NCBI GenBank assembly: GCA_965153355.1
Contig: OZ231126.1
Coordinates: forward strand, 24,304,001 to 24,368,000
Length of the DNA: 64,000 nucleotides
Reading direction: 5' to 3'
Source: Flaccisagitta enflata
Taxonomy: Eukaryota
Shown: positions 1 to 22,140 of the stretch, piece after piece
How positions within the stretch are numbered: the stretch's first letter is position 1
Layout of the letters: each line of letters starts with the position of its first letter
Position numbers and translations under genes: made by a program
Notes under the pieces: generated by a model
Databases searched by the model: none
Seen by the model: only the letters and a program-made list of their open reading frames with translations
What the model was told of the DNA's origin: nothing

Positions 1-412
1 ATGGTTTTAAAAAAAAAAAAGGTCGCTGACCCCTTCTTTTTTATAAGAAATAAGCCTCGCCAGGCCATTTTAGAGCGCTCTAGCCCCCCCCCATGAAAAA
101 ATCAGCCAAAATTGTGATTGGTATTTTACATACTAACCACTAACATTCATTTTCAGCCATATTTGCTTCATTTCTTTCACTTTTAAATTTTGACAAAATT
201 TGCCATTTCAGCCTCCAGAGCCAGAGTCCGGGTGATTACATAGTGGGCACCTAGTTCCGGTTAAGTTAGGGTTCTATGGCTGGTTAATATCAATCATATA
301 GTTCAAAGATTAGGTTTGGCGTTTTTTGTTTCTGCATTTTTGGCATAGAAGTGCCCTCTGAGGTACTGAGAAGGGTCGGCCCACAGTGTTCTGAAAACGT
401 GATCTTTTCTCT

Positions 413-10043
<9,631 letters not shown>

Positions 10044-10120
10044 TTTTTATCGATCTCGATAATATAAGTATCACTGAAAGGTAAAGCATTTGCGTTTTAT
10101 GTTTACTATCTTAAAGAAAA

Positions 10121-10350
10121 AACAAGGCCGGATACACGGCTACCGAAGTCGCGTGCGGGTGGGTAGGGGCCATATTTGAGGTCACCAGACCATTTGGGCA
10201 GGAGCAGTGATGTCAAAGAAATATAATCATATAAAAAAGTAAAGTGTGACCGACCGACCGACCGACCGACCGACCAACCAACCGACCGAGCGACCGAGCG
10301 ACCGACCGACGGACAAAGCGGGTTGTAGAGTCGCGTGCACGCGACTAAAA
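10121..10350 (-). mobile_element. HINE/DINE-1-like element just upstream of the copy A start codon
   Basis: 5' palindrome AGTCGCGTGCACGCGACT, (GGTC)n, 3' subTIR GCACGCGAC, terminal hairpin GCCGTGTATCCGGC-CTTGTT. Relatives at 25970-26160, 36351-36540, 54235-54358. Confidence 0.8.
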
Positions 10351-10529
10351 ACGCATCAGCTTTCAACGATTGGACGAAAAGCGCTGGAATTGAAAAAAAG
10401 GAAATGAAAATAAAACAAAAGAGGGAAAAAAAAAGAAAATAGAACGATTTTCGGTTTTTAGATTTCCCCTTTTCTTAGGAGTTGGACAACCAAGAGAAGT
10501 TCATAAGCTTTGGGGGCCAGATGGGACAA

Positions 10530-11010
10530 CACATTTTTTTTATAAGAATGTCACTTTTTGGGCAAAACTTTAATGTTCTTAAATTTTGGACAGTTTCAAG
10601 GCTTGAACGTTCTTAAACAGTTCCTAATTCAATTGCAGCTTTTAACCTTCAATTAAGAGCGTTTTTAATTGGTTTGAGTTTGTTTCGAAGGACAAAATGA
10701 AGGAAAATGATAGACCCAACAAAGCAGCAAGTTTAAACGTTTTGAAGGATGTCAAGAACAAAATAAATAGAATAAGACATACTGTAAAAACAAAAAAGTT
10801 ATATGATAGAATCCAGGTTTAATATTTTCAATGAAAAAATAAAGTTTTCCAATATTTCTAAAATGTTCTTAAATTTTTTACACTTTTCAGCCTTATGTTC
10901 TTGAATTTTAGAAGAAATAAAGCCTTCCAATGTTCTTAGTGTGTTCTTAAGTTTTTGAGGATTTCAAGCCAAACGTTCTTATACACTTGGTTCTTATGAA
11001 AAAAAAGTGT
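10530..11010. mobile_element. AT-rich MITE
   Basis: Imperfect TIRs CACATTTTTTTTATAAGAA / TTCTTATGAAAAAAAAAGTG|TA; internal GTTCTTA repeats. Confidence 0.6.
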
Positions 11011-11117
11011 AGGCATGAAATTTATAGCTAATAAAGAACTAATTTTTTTCATTCAGATGGCGCCAAGCAGAACTCTCTGTGATCAGTAGTTTTCGAGCTA
11101 TGGCTTTTTAGAATCTT

Positions 11118-11278
11118 TTTTAGTTGCGGACACGCAACTCTATAAGAGGCTTTGTCCGTCGGTTGGTTGGTCGGTTGGTCGGTTGGTCGGTCCGTGGTGA
11201 TCGAGTTGAAAAGTGGGAAAACGCATTTCTGCCCCTGCCCACCCGTCCGCAACTGATGGCCGTGTATCCGGCCTTGTT
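11118..11278 (+). mobile_element. HINE/DINE-1-like element
   Basis: tttAGTTGCGGACACGCAACT...(GGTY)n...GTCCGCAACT...GGCCGTGTATCCGGCCTTGTT in a T-run. Confidence 0.8.
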
Positions 11279-11483
11279 TTTTCATCTTTCTAATCTTTCA
11301 ATATTTTCCATCGATCCTAATCTTTGTCATAATGTTATTCACATTGACTCTTAACTTTTATGACGAGAGGTTTCAAGTCACTCGCATTTTACCCTGCTTG
11401 CTCATGGCTTTTTATGATGAACAAGTGGCGTCTCTCTCTCTCTCTCTTTCTCTTTCTCTTTCTCTTTCTCTTTCTCTTTCTCT

Positions 11484-11551
<68 letters not shown>

Positions 11552-11600
11552 TTTTGTATCTGTCTGTGTCTCTGTGTCTCTGTCTCTGTCTCTCTGTCTC

Positions 11601-11669
<69 letters not shown>

Positions 11670-11675
11670 TTTTGT

Positions 11676-11720
<45 letters not shown>

Positions 11721-11764
11721 ATCTCCAACGATCTCTCTTTCTCTCTCTCTTTCTATTTCTCTTG

Positions 11765-11865
<101 letters not shown>

Positions 11866-11903
11866 ATCTCTCTTTCTTTTCTTTCAAGAATAAAAACAAT
11901 ATT

Positions 11904-11945
11904 TTCCCAATATTTCGACGGACCATGCCGCCTTTGTCGGGGGAA
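11904..11945 (-). ncRNA. Minimal type I hammerhead-like motif (non-canonical core), Penelope copy 1
   Basis: UUCCC-CCGACAAA-GGCGG caugg u CCGUC-GAA-AUAU-U-GGGAA: stem I, stem II, GAAA and a palindromic 4-nt stem III. Confidence 0.6.
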
Positions 11946-12183
11946 TTTCACCTGTAACGATGTTATACAAATTGTCATTTCATTTGTCATAGGATTTCAT
12001 TTCTCATTTCAGTTCTTCATTCTTTTTTCTTCTAAATAATTCACCTTTTTCTTTTTGAATTTTTCGTTTAGAAGGCGCTATAGTCCAAAACTAGACTGAT
12101 GTTTTTTCAAACATGCCCCTGGGTGTATAGTCATTTTTTTCTTAAAAAAAACCCAGGTTCATGACTACTTTATTTTCTTCATT

Positions 12184-12694
12184 TTAAGTGCCGAGGCTGT
12201 TGATCCAGTATCTTTCCCTTGTCACTCTGTACACGTCGTCCTTCCCTTTCACCTCCTCTATGACCATAACTCCCATATCCTCGTCTTTGTGCCCCTCTTG
12301 CTTGAAGTGATATGCCGGTTTGGTGTCGTCATCTCCTCTCAAGTCAGCTCTATGTCCAATGAACCGATCCATCACCCTGTTCTGCGTTTTGCCAACATGG
12401 ACCACTTTCTCACACCTTTTGCACCACATACCGTATATCGCCCCGACTGTTCTACAATCCATCTTTCCTTTGATCTTCCTTATCTCTCCTCTTTTGTCCC
12501 TTATCTCCTTTGTCTCCACCATGAAATTGCATAGCTTGCATCCTCTGCCACATGGCCCTGACCCACCTTCCTTTACTTTATTTTTTGCATTAACCACCAG
12601 GGAGAGGTTCTTTCCCCTCCTCAGGCTGAGTCTTGGAATTTCCTCGATGTATCTGTCAAGGCCCTCCTCTTTCAGGTAATGTCCGTGCCTTTTT
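12184..12694 (-). pseudogene. Penelope-type GIY-YIG endonuclease domain
   Basis: See motifs above; removing the nested insertion restores ...VNKIL-KRHGHYLK... in frame. Confidence 0.88.
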
Positions 12695-13186
12695 GGGCAG
12701 CGGCCCCAAAGGGCCGATGTCCTGTAGGACACAGGGGTGAACCATTATGTACGTCTGTCTGTCTGTCCGTCCCCCCCCAGAGTTTCACAAGCCTCCAATT
12801 CCCATTGAATAACATGGGAAATTGACTAAATGCAAACCTCCCATTGAATAACACGGAAAATTTACAAAAAAATATAAAAATTGCATGTTTCCCATTGAGT
12901 AACATGAAAAATTGATGAAAACAAGGAAAAAATTAAAAATTCCCATTGAATAAAATGGCAAATTGACAAGAAGTTTAAAAATGCAAAATTCCCATTGAAT
13001 AGCATGGAAAACTATTGCTAAGGCCTCAAATATGCCCTCTCAGGACATATGGAACTTCACCCCTGTGTCCTACAGGACATCGGCCCTTTGGGGCCGCTGC
13101 CCTGCTCTCACTCCACCTCTTCAGCTTATCACTCCAAGCAGGGCATCGGGTACCGCTGACTATGTGCGATCCTTGGATGACTTGTT
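12695..13186 (+). mobile_element. Long-inverted-repeat HINE-like element nested in the Penelope ORF
   Basis: ~42-bp IR GGGCAGCGGCCCCAAAGGGCCGATGTCCTGTAGGACACAGGG and its reverse complement at 13061-13102, asymmetric 3' tail ending CTTGTT, inserted in a T-run. Confidence 0.8.
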
Positions 13187-13409
13187 AATATCTTGTTGAC
13201 ATTCGGGAGATACGCGCTGCGTGTTGTCACGAAGTTGATCTTTTTGTCTTCCTTCTTTTTGGCCCTTTCCAGCGCTTCCTCTCTCGACATTTTGAACCCT
13301 TCCTTTAGTTGCCTTTTTATTTGCGTTTCTCCATACCCTCGGCTCATCAGTTTCTCTTTTGTTTTTTCCGCATGTTTCCAATAATCTTCACCCTCGCTGC
13401 ACAGTCCTC

Positions 13410-14243
13410 TCAGTCTCCTTGCCTGCCCTCCTTGCTTGTCCTGTCTGTTGGCTTCACATACAGCTCTGTCTTCAATTCCCCGTCGTCTTTCCTTGTTACA
13501 TTCACATCCAAAGATATCGCCTCTTTCTCACATATTTCGTAAGTGACCTTTGTTCTTTCTTCACTGTTGTTGCATATCTCTATAAACTTTAAGAATTCTT
13601 CTTTGCTCCCTCTCCATACCCCAATAATATCGTCAACGAATCTTTTCCAAAACCTTGGCTTTTTTCCAATTCTCTCCTCCGCTTCTCTGTTCACCTCTTT
13701 CTCCCACTCTCCCATGTAAGCGCATGCGTAATTCTTTCCCAATTTGCTGCCAATTGCTGTGCCTTCCTTCTGTATGTGGCTCTCCCCCTTGAACTCGAAT
13801 TCATTATTATCTAAAACCAAACTTGCCAGCTCCATAAGGTCCTCCGTGGGTATTGCTTTCGTGTTTCGGCTGTCCAGATTCTTTCTCATTGCTTCTTCTG
13901 CCTTCTTCCTTGGTACCATCGGGTAAAGTGCGACAATGTCCATGGTGAAAAGCCACTCATTGTTTGCTAATCGACCCACTTCCCTTAGCTTCCTCAAGAA
14001 GTCTGCCGTATCTTGAATGTACGAGTCCTGCTTCTCAACACCTTCTTTAAGCTCCTCCTCTACCAGTCCTGCAATTCCCTCTGTTGGTGTACCTATTCCT
14101 GAAACGTAGACTCGAGTCGGATGCCTCCCATTCTTTTTTACCTTCTTGTGTACTTTCCGGTTCACCTTCATTGTCCCTGCTTTTGTGTTTTTTGCCGTCA
14201 TGAATTCCCTCATCTTTGTGGTTATCACCCCTCGATCCCTCAT
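13410..14243 (-). pseudogene. Penelope-type reverse transcriptase core
   Basis: 277-aa ORF with RT motifs; begins exactly at the microsatellite junction, so it is 5'-truncated. Confidence 0.9.
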
Positions 14244-14248
14244 TCTTT

Positions 14249-14492
<244 letters not shown>

Positions 14493-14637
14493 GCATTTAC
14501 GACTTTTTCCCTACGGCGATTAGCCGCCATAATTGGAAACAGGATGCTTATGAAAAAAAAGTGTGATAAAGGTCTAGACACACGATCATTTTTGTCAATG
14601 AAACTCTTTACGTCCCGTTAAAGGTGTTGGCCTTGTT

Positions 14638-15495
14638 TTTAGATGCGTCCTCCCATCTCTATAAAAGGGTGTGTCCCTATCTTCGTCTGTGACAAGAAAT
14701 TTTCAAAACACGATTTTTACGGTTTTCTTTTCATTTCTGTTTATATCTCTTCATGTCTCTCATATTTCTTATGTCTCTTTTGTCTCTTTTGTTTCTTTTA
14801 TCTCCTATATGTCTCCTGTCTCCCATGTCCCTTATTTCTCTTGTTTCTTATTTCTCTTGTCTCTTGTTTCTCTTATGTCTCTAATGTCTCTTATGTCTCT
14901 TCATGTCTCTTCAAGTCTCTTCAAGTCTCTCAAGTCTCCTCTGGTTTCCTCATGTCTGTCCATGTCGCACCAGATCTCTCCATATCTCTTCATGTCCCTT
15001 CCTGTCCCTTCTTTAGGACGTGGCATGGGGGGGAGGCGTGGGGGGTTGGGGAGGCGTGGGGGAGGAGGCGTGGGGGTGGGGGCTTGGGAGGTTTTGGGGA
15101 CGGCGTTGGAGGTGGGGAAGCATTGGAGGTTGGGAAGCGTGGGAAGTGAGAAGGCGTGGGAGGGGGGAGGCGTGAGGGGGGGAGAGTAAGGAGGGGGAGG
15201 GGGGCCGGGGGTTAGGGAGGATCAGTTTATATTCTTCTCTTTATCTCAAAATCTTTATATGTTCATATGATCATATCGTGATATCTTTAAGTTAAGAATT
15301 TGTATTTTGATATCTTAAATCATACAAAGAGGACGCATCTATTGGACATCTCTTGGCCTTGTTTTTTAGTCGCGAACACGCTACACCTGGCCATATCGGT
15401 CGGTAGGTCAATAGATCCGTCCGTAATATTTCTGGAATCCGATCGGTTTTCGCATTATTGCTCCTGCCCAACCGTGTATACATCCGATCTTGTTT
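14638..15495 (+). mobile_element. Two abutting HINE-like elements (14638-15363, 15364-15495)
   Basis: subTIR AGATGCGTCC / GGACGCATCT, GGCCTTGTT end, followed directly by tttAGTCGCGAACACGCTAC...CTTGTT. Confidence 0.65.
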
Positions 15496-15774
15496 TGTAA
15501 GTCCCTTTCTTTCTTTCTTCTTTCTTTCTCCTTCTTTCTTGTAAAAAAATACCTACAATGAATTGTGACCTATGGAAAAACCCTGTCACAAACTGAATTC
15601 CTATCAAAAAAGTTTGACGTCTCTCAATGATTTGTGATGAATTTTTGTATGACATGATGAGAAAAAAAGGTACAGTAGACGTCGTCTAGACTTGGAATAC
15701 GTGGTAATTCATAAAAAGAATACAAATAAACCTAAAAGACTGATATTTGGAATATGAAATAATCAAAAGATGTT

Positions 15775-16125
15775 TTATTGACCATGGGTGTTGGTTGCCA
15801 TGGAAACATATTTGCATGTATTCCCCCTAAAATATCAATATTTAGAGAATTTTTTTGAGGGAACATTGTTTAAAACAAAATTTGCTATAATTTTCCCATT
15901 ATATGTTCTGTAAGAATGTCGCTTGTTTAGCCGTTGCTAAGGAGCGTAATTATGTGTGACAACCCTGTGATGCTCCATAGTAACTGCCAAACAAGTGATA
16001 TTCTTACAAAACATATTGTAGGAAATTTACAGCAAATTTTATTTCAAACAATGATCCCTCAAAAAAATTCGTAAAATATTGATTTTGTATGTGTTTCTAT
16101 AGCAAACAACAACCATAGTCAATAA
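15775..16125. mobile_element. Foldback-type element (imperfect palindrome, ~170-bp arms)
   Basis: TTATTGACCATGG...TTTTTTTGAGGGAACATTGTTT...GGAGC mirrored by GCTCC...AAACAATGATCCCTCAAAAAAA...CCATAGTCAATAA. Confidence 0.7.
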
Positions 16126-17173
16126 AGCCTCATTTTTTTAGTCCATCACGCCATGGGAGAAACCTCTGCAGGCTGTATTAAATACTTGGTCTTAACGGCC
16201 AATAGTTTTGAGATCAGGGAGACTCCCTCTATCTTTTTCCTTTGAAATAAAAGATATGCCCTTCAAAATTTGTTCAAAACCAACAAAAAATAGCTCTTTA
16301 GAATTGTTTATTGCCATGAATCTTTTTACATAAATGTTTTGTAGGTTTTGAGTAGAGATTGGCATTCCTGGTAAAATTTCCAGTCTTTTGATAGGTCGCA
16401 CTATATACTTTTACTAAGAAAAAAAACGTCCAATTTTCTTACAACATAAGATAACAACATTACACTTATAACAACCAACAGTAAGTAGGATGATATTGAA
16501 CTTTTTTTTCTGTTAATAAAAGTATATAATGTGACCTATAGAATGAATGGAAATTTCACGAGGAATATGATTCTTTTACAAAAAATTAAGATGGGCTACC
16601 CCCATTCAACTTATCAGGCAAAATGTATAAGATATAAAACATTTTGTTGATTTAGAAAAATTTTTGAAGGGGAATCTTTTTATCTTTTGCACCAAGTGAT
16701 AGAATAGACCTCCCTGAAGCCCAAACCACTCGCCGTCAAGACCGAGCATTTTTCTTGACCTATGAAAGCCTCCCCCGTAGCATGCCATATTCCAAATATT
16801 ACACAACGCAAATAATAGTGATATTAATTCCCGAGAGTGATTCCTTGTCATTCCTGAATTCCTGATTCCTGACTCCTGATTCAGGAATGAGAATGATATT
16901 TGTCATTCGGGAATTAAAAGTAAAGGTTCCCTTTCTTTTTATGGTTTAAAGTGAGGTTTTTTGGACGTTATATTGTCTTCCTATTAATTAATGAAGGTTG
17001 CGATCTCACTCCTGAAGCGGGGAGGCGAGATTTACTCATTTGATAATTGGCCAATCAAAGACGGTCAAGGCTTATCTTTTAAGCGCGTTTTCTATTATGA
17101 AAAACAAGCGAGGAAGTATTACGTCATAGTACAAGAGAGAGAGACTAACCTCTATCTGTGTGTGTGTGTGTGT

Positions 17174-17238
<65 letters not shown>

Positions 17239-17339
17239 ATGAACGAGCGAATGAAAGAACAAAAGTACAAAAGCTAAAATTTACAAACCAAATGAAAGAA
17301 CAAATGAAAGAATGAACGAATGATAGAACAAAAGTACAA

Positions 17340-18165
17340 AAGCTAAAATCTTTTTCGCCGAAACTTTTTCTCGCTAAAGTCTTTTCTCCTAAAATTTTTT
17401 CTTGCTAAAATTTTTTTCGCTAAAATTTTTTTCGCAAAAATTTTTTCTTGCTTAAATTTTTTCTCGCTTAAATTTTTTCTCGCTAAAATTTTTTTTCGCT
17501 AAAATTTTTTCTCGCTAAAAAATTTTCTCATTAAAAGTTATTTTCTCGAAAATTTTTCCTTTCTTAAATTTTTTTTTGCTAAGATTTTCAAAAAAATTTT
17601 TAAAATTTTTTCTCTCACTAAAATATTTTTTTGCTAAAATTCTTTTCCCTAAAATTTTTTCTTGCTAAAATTTTTACTTGCTAAAGTTTTTCTCGCTAAA
17701 TCTTTTTTTTTTTTGCTAAAATTTTTCTCGCTGAAATTTTTCTCGCTAAAATTTTTTCTCGCTAAAATTTTTTCTTGCTGAAATTTTTCTCGCTAAAATT
17801 TCTCACTAAAATTTTTTCTCTCAAAATCTTTTTTTTTCTTTTGCTAAAATTTTCAAATTTTTTTTTCTTGCTAAAACTTTATTTGTTAAATTTTTTTTTG
17901 CTAAAATTTTTTTCGCTAAAATTTTTTTCTCGCTAAAATTTTTTCTCGCTAAAATTTTTCTTGCTAAATCTTTTTTTAGCTAAATCTTTTTTTCGCTAAA
18001 ATTTTTTTTTGCCAATATTTTTCTTGCTAAAATTTCTCGCTAAAATTATTTCTCGCTAAAATTTTTTCTTGCTAAAATTTTTTTCGTTAAAATTTTTCTT
18101 GATAAAATTTCTCGCCAAAACTTTTTCTCACTAAAATTTTTCTCGCTAAAATTTTTTCTCACTAA
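17340..18165. repeat. ~16-18-bp minisatellite (GCTAAAATTTTTTCTC)
   Basis: Direct inspection. Confidence 0.9.
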
Positions 18166-19160
18166 TACATGTTCCTGCTTATTCCTGCTTGTTTCATGTA
18201 TATTCCTGCTTGTTCCATGCACGTTCCTGCTAATTCCTGCTTGTTTCATGCATATTCCTGCTTATTCCTGCTTGTTTCATGCATGTTCCTGCTAATTCCT
18301 GTTTGTTTCTTACATGTTCCTGCTAATTCCTGCTTGTTTCATGCACGTTCCTTCCAAGTCCTGCTTGTTTGATGCATGTTCCTGCTAATTCCTGCTTGTT
18401 TGATGCACATTCCTGCTTTTTCCTGCTTGTTTCATACATGTTCCTGCTGATTCTTGGTTGTTTCATGCATGTTCCTGCTAATTCCTGTATGTTTCATGCA
18501 TGTTCCTGCTAATTCCTGCTTGTTTCATGCATGTTCCTGTTAAATCCTGCTTGTTTCATGCATATTCCTGCTTATTCCTGCTTGTTTCATGCATGTTCCT
18601 GCTAATTCCTGGATGTTTTATGTATGTTCCTGCTAATTCCTGTATGTTTCATGCATGTTCCTGCTAATTTCTGCTTGTTTCATGCATGTTCCTGCTAATT
18701 CCTGGATGGTTCATGCATGTTCCTGCTAATTCCTGTATGTTTCATGCACGTTTCTGCTAATTCCTGGATGTTTCATGCATGTTCCTGCTAATTCCTATAT
18801 GTTTCATGCATGTTCCTGCTAATTCCTGCTTGTTTCATGCATGTTCCTGCTAATTCCTGTATGTTTCATGCATGTTCCTGCTAATTCCTGCTTGTTTCAT
18901 GCATGTTCCAGCTAATTCCTGGTTGTTTCATGCATGTCCCTGCTAATTTCTACATGTTTCATACATGTTGATTCATGCAATTCTTGTGAATGTTCCTGCT
19001 AATTCCTGAATGTTTTATACATGTTCTCATTAATTCCTGCATATTTTATGCATGTTCCTGCTTATTCCCTTTTGTTTCATACATGTTCCTGCTAATTTAT
19101 GCAGATCTTAAGTATGTTCCTGCTAATTCCTGCATGTTTCATACATGTTCCTGTTCATTC
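18166..19160. repeat. 31-bp minisatellite (GTTTCATGCATGTTCCTGCTAATTCCTGCTT)
   Basis: Period 31, e.g. 18491/18522. Confidence 0.92.
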
Positions 19161-19686
19161 CCAAAAACAAGTAGGAATAAGCAGGAACATGTAAAAAACA
19201 AAAAGCAGTAAGCAGGAATGTGCCAGGAATCAACAAGATCACATGAAAAATTCATATAAATTCCCAGGAATTATGAGAAATTACAAAAAAATTCCCGGGA
19301 ATTCCCGGGAATTCCCAGGAATTACAAAAAAAACTCCCGGGAATTAGTGTCACTTAAAACAAAGGGATAATTGCGTTGTGTATTAGTCCTTTACATTTAT
19401 TTATTTTCCTGATATGAATTCCCCCGTATTTCCAAGTCTAGAGGACATCTACTGTAGTAAGAAAGCAAGATAAAAAGATTAACGGGTACTATATGTATGT
19501 TAAAATGATGACCCGTGGTTTCAAAATCTTCGCGGACAGATGGGTAGGGGCGAACAACCCCCCCTCTCCCAACAAACATTCACATCCACAGTATCTTTAA
19601 CATGCAGCTTCATACTTTTCATCTCAAGCATCATGTAGTGGGGACAAACCCTTATGTAGGGTCGTTTGTCCGCGACTTGAATTAAA

Positions 19687-19789
<103 letters not shown>

Positions 19790-20303
19790 GGCTGCGGCCC
19801 AATTTTGCAATTTCGTCGAAATGAAAAGACATTCTAGAGGTTTTTCTAAGTTTCTTTATTTCGAACTCTGTCCTGCAGAACAGATCATCTTAGATTTGAC
19901 AAAGAACACAAAATCAAAACATCCCCTTCATATTGTGTACATGGTCCTGCCTAAATCATTTGGAAAAAAGTCGAAGAATACCTTCGGCTTTTTGAGACCT
20001 ACGGCAGAAATCGATTTTCCCTTTTTCTCATGAGTGGTTTGGGGAAGTTGGTAAGCTTTTGGGCCCGAATGGTACTACGCACAAAATTGATAGCTAAGAA
20101 AGAACTAATTCTCCTCTTTCAGATGACGCCAAGCAGAATTCTGTGCGATCAATAGTTTTGGAGCTATGATTTTTTAAATCTTTTTTTATTTTTTTGCATT
20201 TTTCCGTTTTTTTCCCAAATATCAATATTTTTTCATTGATTCTAATTTCGACCCTATGTAACATGAAAAAATCTTGAAAGAGTATGGGTCCGCGACTGGG
20301 GTT

Positions 20304-21195
20304 GAACGGCGTTGTCGAACGGCATTGTCGAACGGCGTTGTCGAACGGCGTTGTCAAACGGCGTTGTCAAACGGCGTTGTCAAACGGCGTTGTCAAACGG
20401 CGTTGTCAAACGGCGTTGTCAAACGGCGTTGTCAAACGGCGTTGTCGAACGGCGTTGTCGAACGGCGTTGTCAAACGGCGTTGTCAAACGGCGTTGTCAA
20501 ACGGCGTTGTCAAACGGTGTTGTCGAACGGCGTTGTCGACGGCGTTGTCGAGCGGCGTTGTCGACGGCGTTATCGAACGGCGTTGTCGAGCGGCGTTGTC
20601 GAGCGGCGTTGTCGAGCGGCGTTGTCAAGCGGCGTTGTCAAGTGGCGTTATCGAGGCAGCGTTGTCGACAGCGTTGTCGGCGGCGTTGTCGAGCGGCGTT
20701 GTCGAGCGGCGTTATCGAACGGCGTTGTCAAACGGCGTTGTCAAGCAACGTTGTCAAGCGGCGTTGTCAAGCGGCGTTGTCAACGGCGTTGTCAAACGGC
20801 GTTGTCAAACGGCGTTGTCAAACGGCGTTGTCAAACGGCGTTGTCAAACGGCGTTGTCAAACGGCGTTGTCAAACGGCGTTGTCAAACGGCGTTGTCAAA
20901 CGGCGTTGTCAAACGGCGTTTTCAAACGGCGTTGTCAAATGGCGTTGTCAAACGGCGTTGTCCAACGGCGTTGTCGAACGGCCTTGTCAAATGGCGTCGT
21001 CGAACGGCGATGTTGTCGAACGGCGATGTTGTCGAACGGCGATGTTGTCGAACGGCGATGTTGTCGAACGGCGATGTTGTCGAACGGCGATGTTGTTGGC
21101 GTTGTCAAATGGTGTTGTCGAAGTGTTGTCAAACGCCGTTATCAAATACCATTGTCAAACAGTGTTGTCAAATGGTCTTGTCAAATAGCGGTCAA
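20304..21195. repeat. 14-bp CpG-rich minisatellite (AACGGCGTTGTCAR)
   Basis: Direct inspection; the long ORFs over it are artefacts. Confidence 0.93.
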
Positions 21196-21224
21196 ATAGG
21201 GGTTGAGAGATAAGCTGCTTTGTT

Positions 21225-22140
21225 CATATACATAGGTTGAGCCATTTGATTTTGAATCTACATACCAAATTTTAACCAAATCGATTGAGAATTGTTCAAG
21301 TTATGCACATTTTTCACTTTTAAGGTGGTACGCTGGTAGGCTGGTTGGGTGGTAGGGTGGTAGGGTCAAATACATATGTTGAGTCCTTCCATTTAGAGAA
21401 AACATACCAAGTTTACACCTAATCAGTTGAAAAACACCAAAGTTATGAACTTTTTTCACTTTAAGGCTGGTAGGCTAGTTGGGTGGTAGGCCGGTTTGGC
21501 CGGTTAGCATGCTAAAATCTTCACGATTCAAATACTTATATTGAGTCCTTCTATTCGGAGACTACATACCAAGTTTCAACCAAATTGGTTGAAAAATGCA
21601 GAAGTTATGCACATTTTTCACTATTCGGCTGGTAGGCTGGTTGGGTGGTAGGCCGGTTTGGCTGGTTAGCATGCTGAAATCTTTACAATTCAAACAAATA
21701 TGTTGAGTCCTTCCATTTAGAGACTACATACCAAGTTTTAACCAAATCGGTTGAAAAATGCAGAAGTTATGCACGTTTTTCACTTTTCGGCTGGTAGGGT
21801 GGTAGGCCGGTTTAGCCGGTTAGCATGCTAAAATCTTTACAATTCAAATACATATGTTGAGTCCTTCCATTTAGAGACTACATACCAAGTTTCAACCAAA
21901 TCAGTTGAAAAATGCAGAAGTTATGCACGTTTTTCACTTTTCGGCTGGTAGGCTGGTTGGGTGGTAGGCCTGTTTAGCCGGTTAGCATGCTAAAATCTTT
22001 ACAATTCAAATACATATGTTGAGTCCTTCCATTTAGAGACTACATACCAAGTTTCAACCAAATCAGTTGAAAAATGCCAAAGTTATGCACATTTTTCACT
22101 TTTAGGCTGGTAGGCTGGTTGGGCCGGTTGGGTGGGTCGG
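21225..22140. repeat. ~161-bp satellite array (about 5-6 units)
   Basis: TTGAGTCCTTC recurs at ~21379, 21541, 21703, 21857, 22019. Confidence 0.9.

Larger units (their letters stand above)
11886..14243 (-). mobile_element. Penelope-like retroelement, 5'-truncated and inactive (RT + Cys linker + GIY-YIG endonuclease + 3' non-coding tail)
   Basis: RT motifs LFTMDIVALYP, QKEGTAIGS, KRFVDD, LYVKPTD; thumb RRLRGLCS...RGY; linker CGRGCKLC; endonuclease AIYGMWCKRC...HVGKT...RF..H...RERYWI. Frameshifting deletion at ~13435 and a nested insertion at 12695-13186. Confidence 0.92.
16816..19355. mobile_element. Degenerate TIR element carrying two tandem arrays
   Basis: TAGTGATATTAATTCCCG... / ...CGGGAATTAGTGTCACTT; no clear TSD. 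Confidence 0.5.

Noticed and set aside
12118-12168. SECIS element (AUGA...AA...UGA) as in selenoprotein-coding Penelope-like elements
   Set aside because: The strand after AUGAA (CCUGGG) does not pair with the bases before the 3' UGA, and no in-frame UGA at a Cys position is seen.
20274-21213. Three ~300-aa ORFs or a CRISPR-like array
   Set aside because: Contiguous 14-bp tandem repeat with no unique spacers and no cas genes, in a eukaryotic context.
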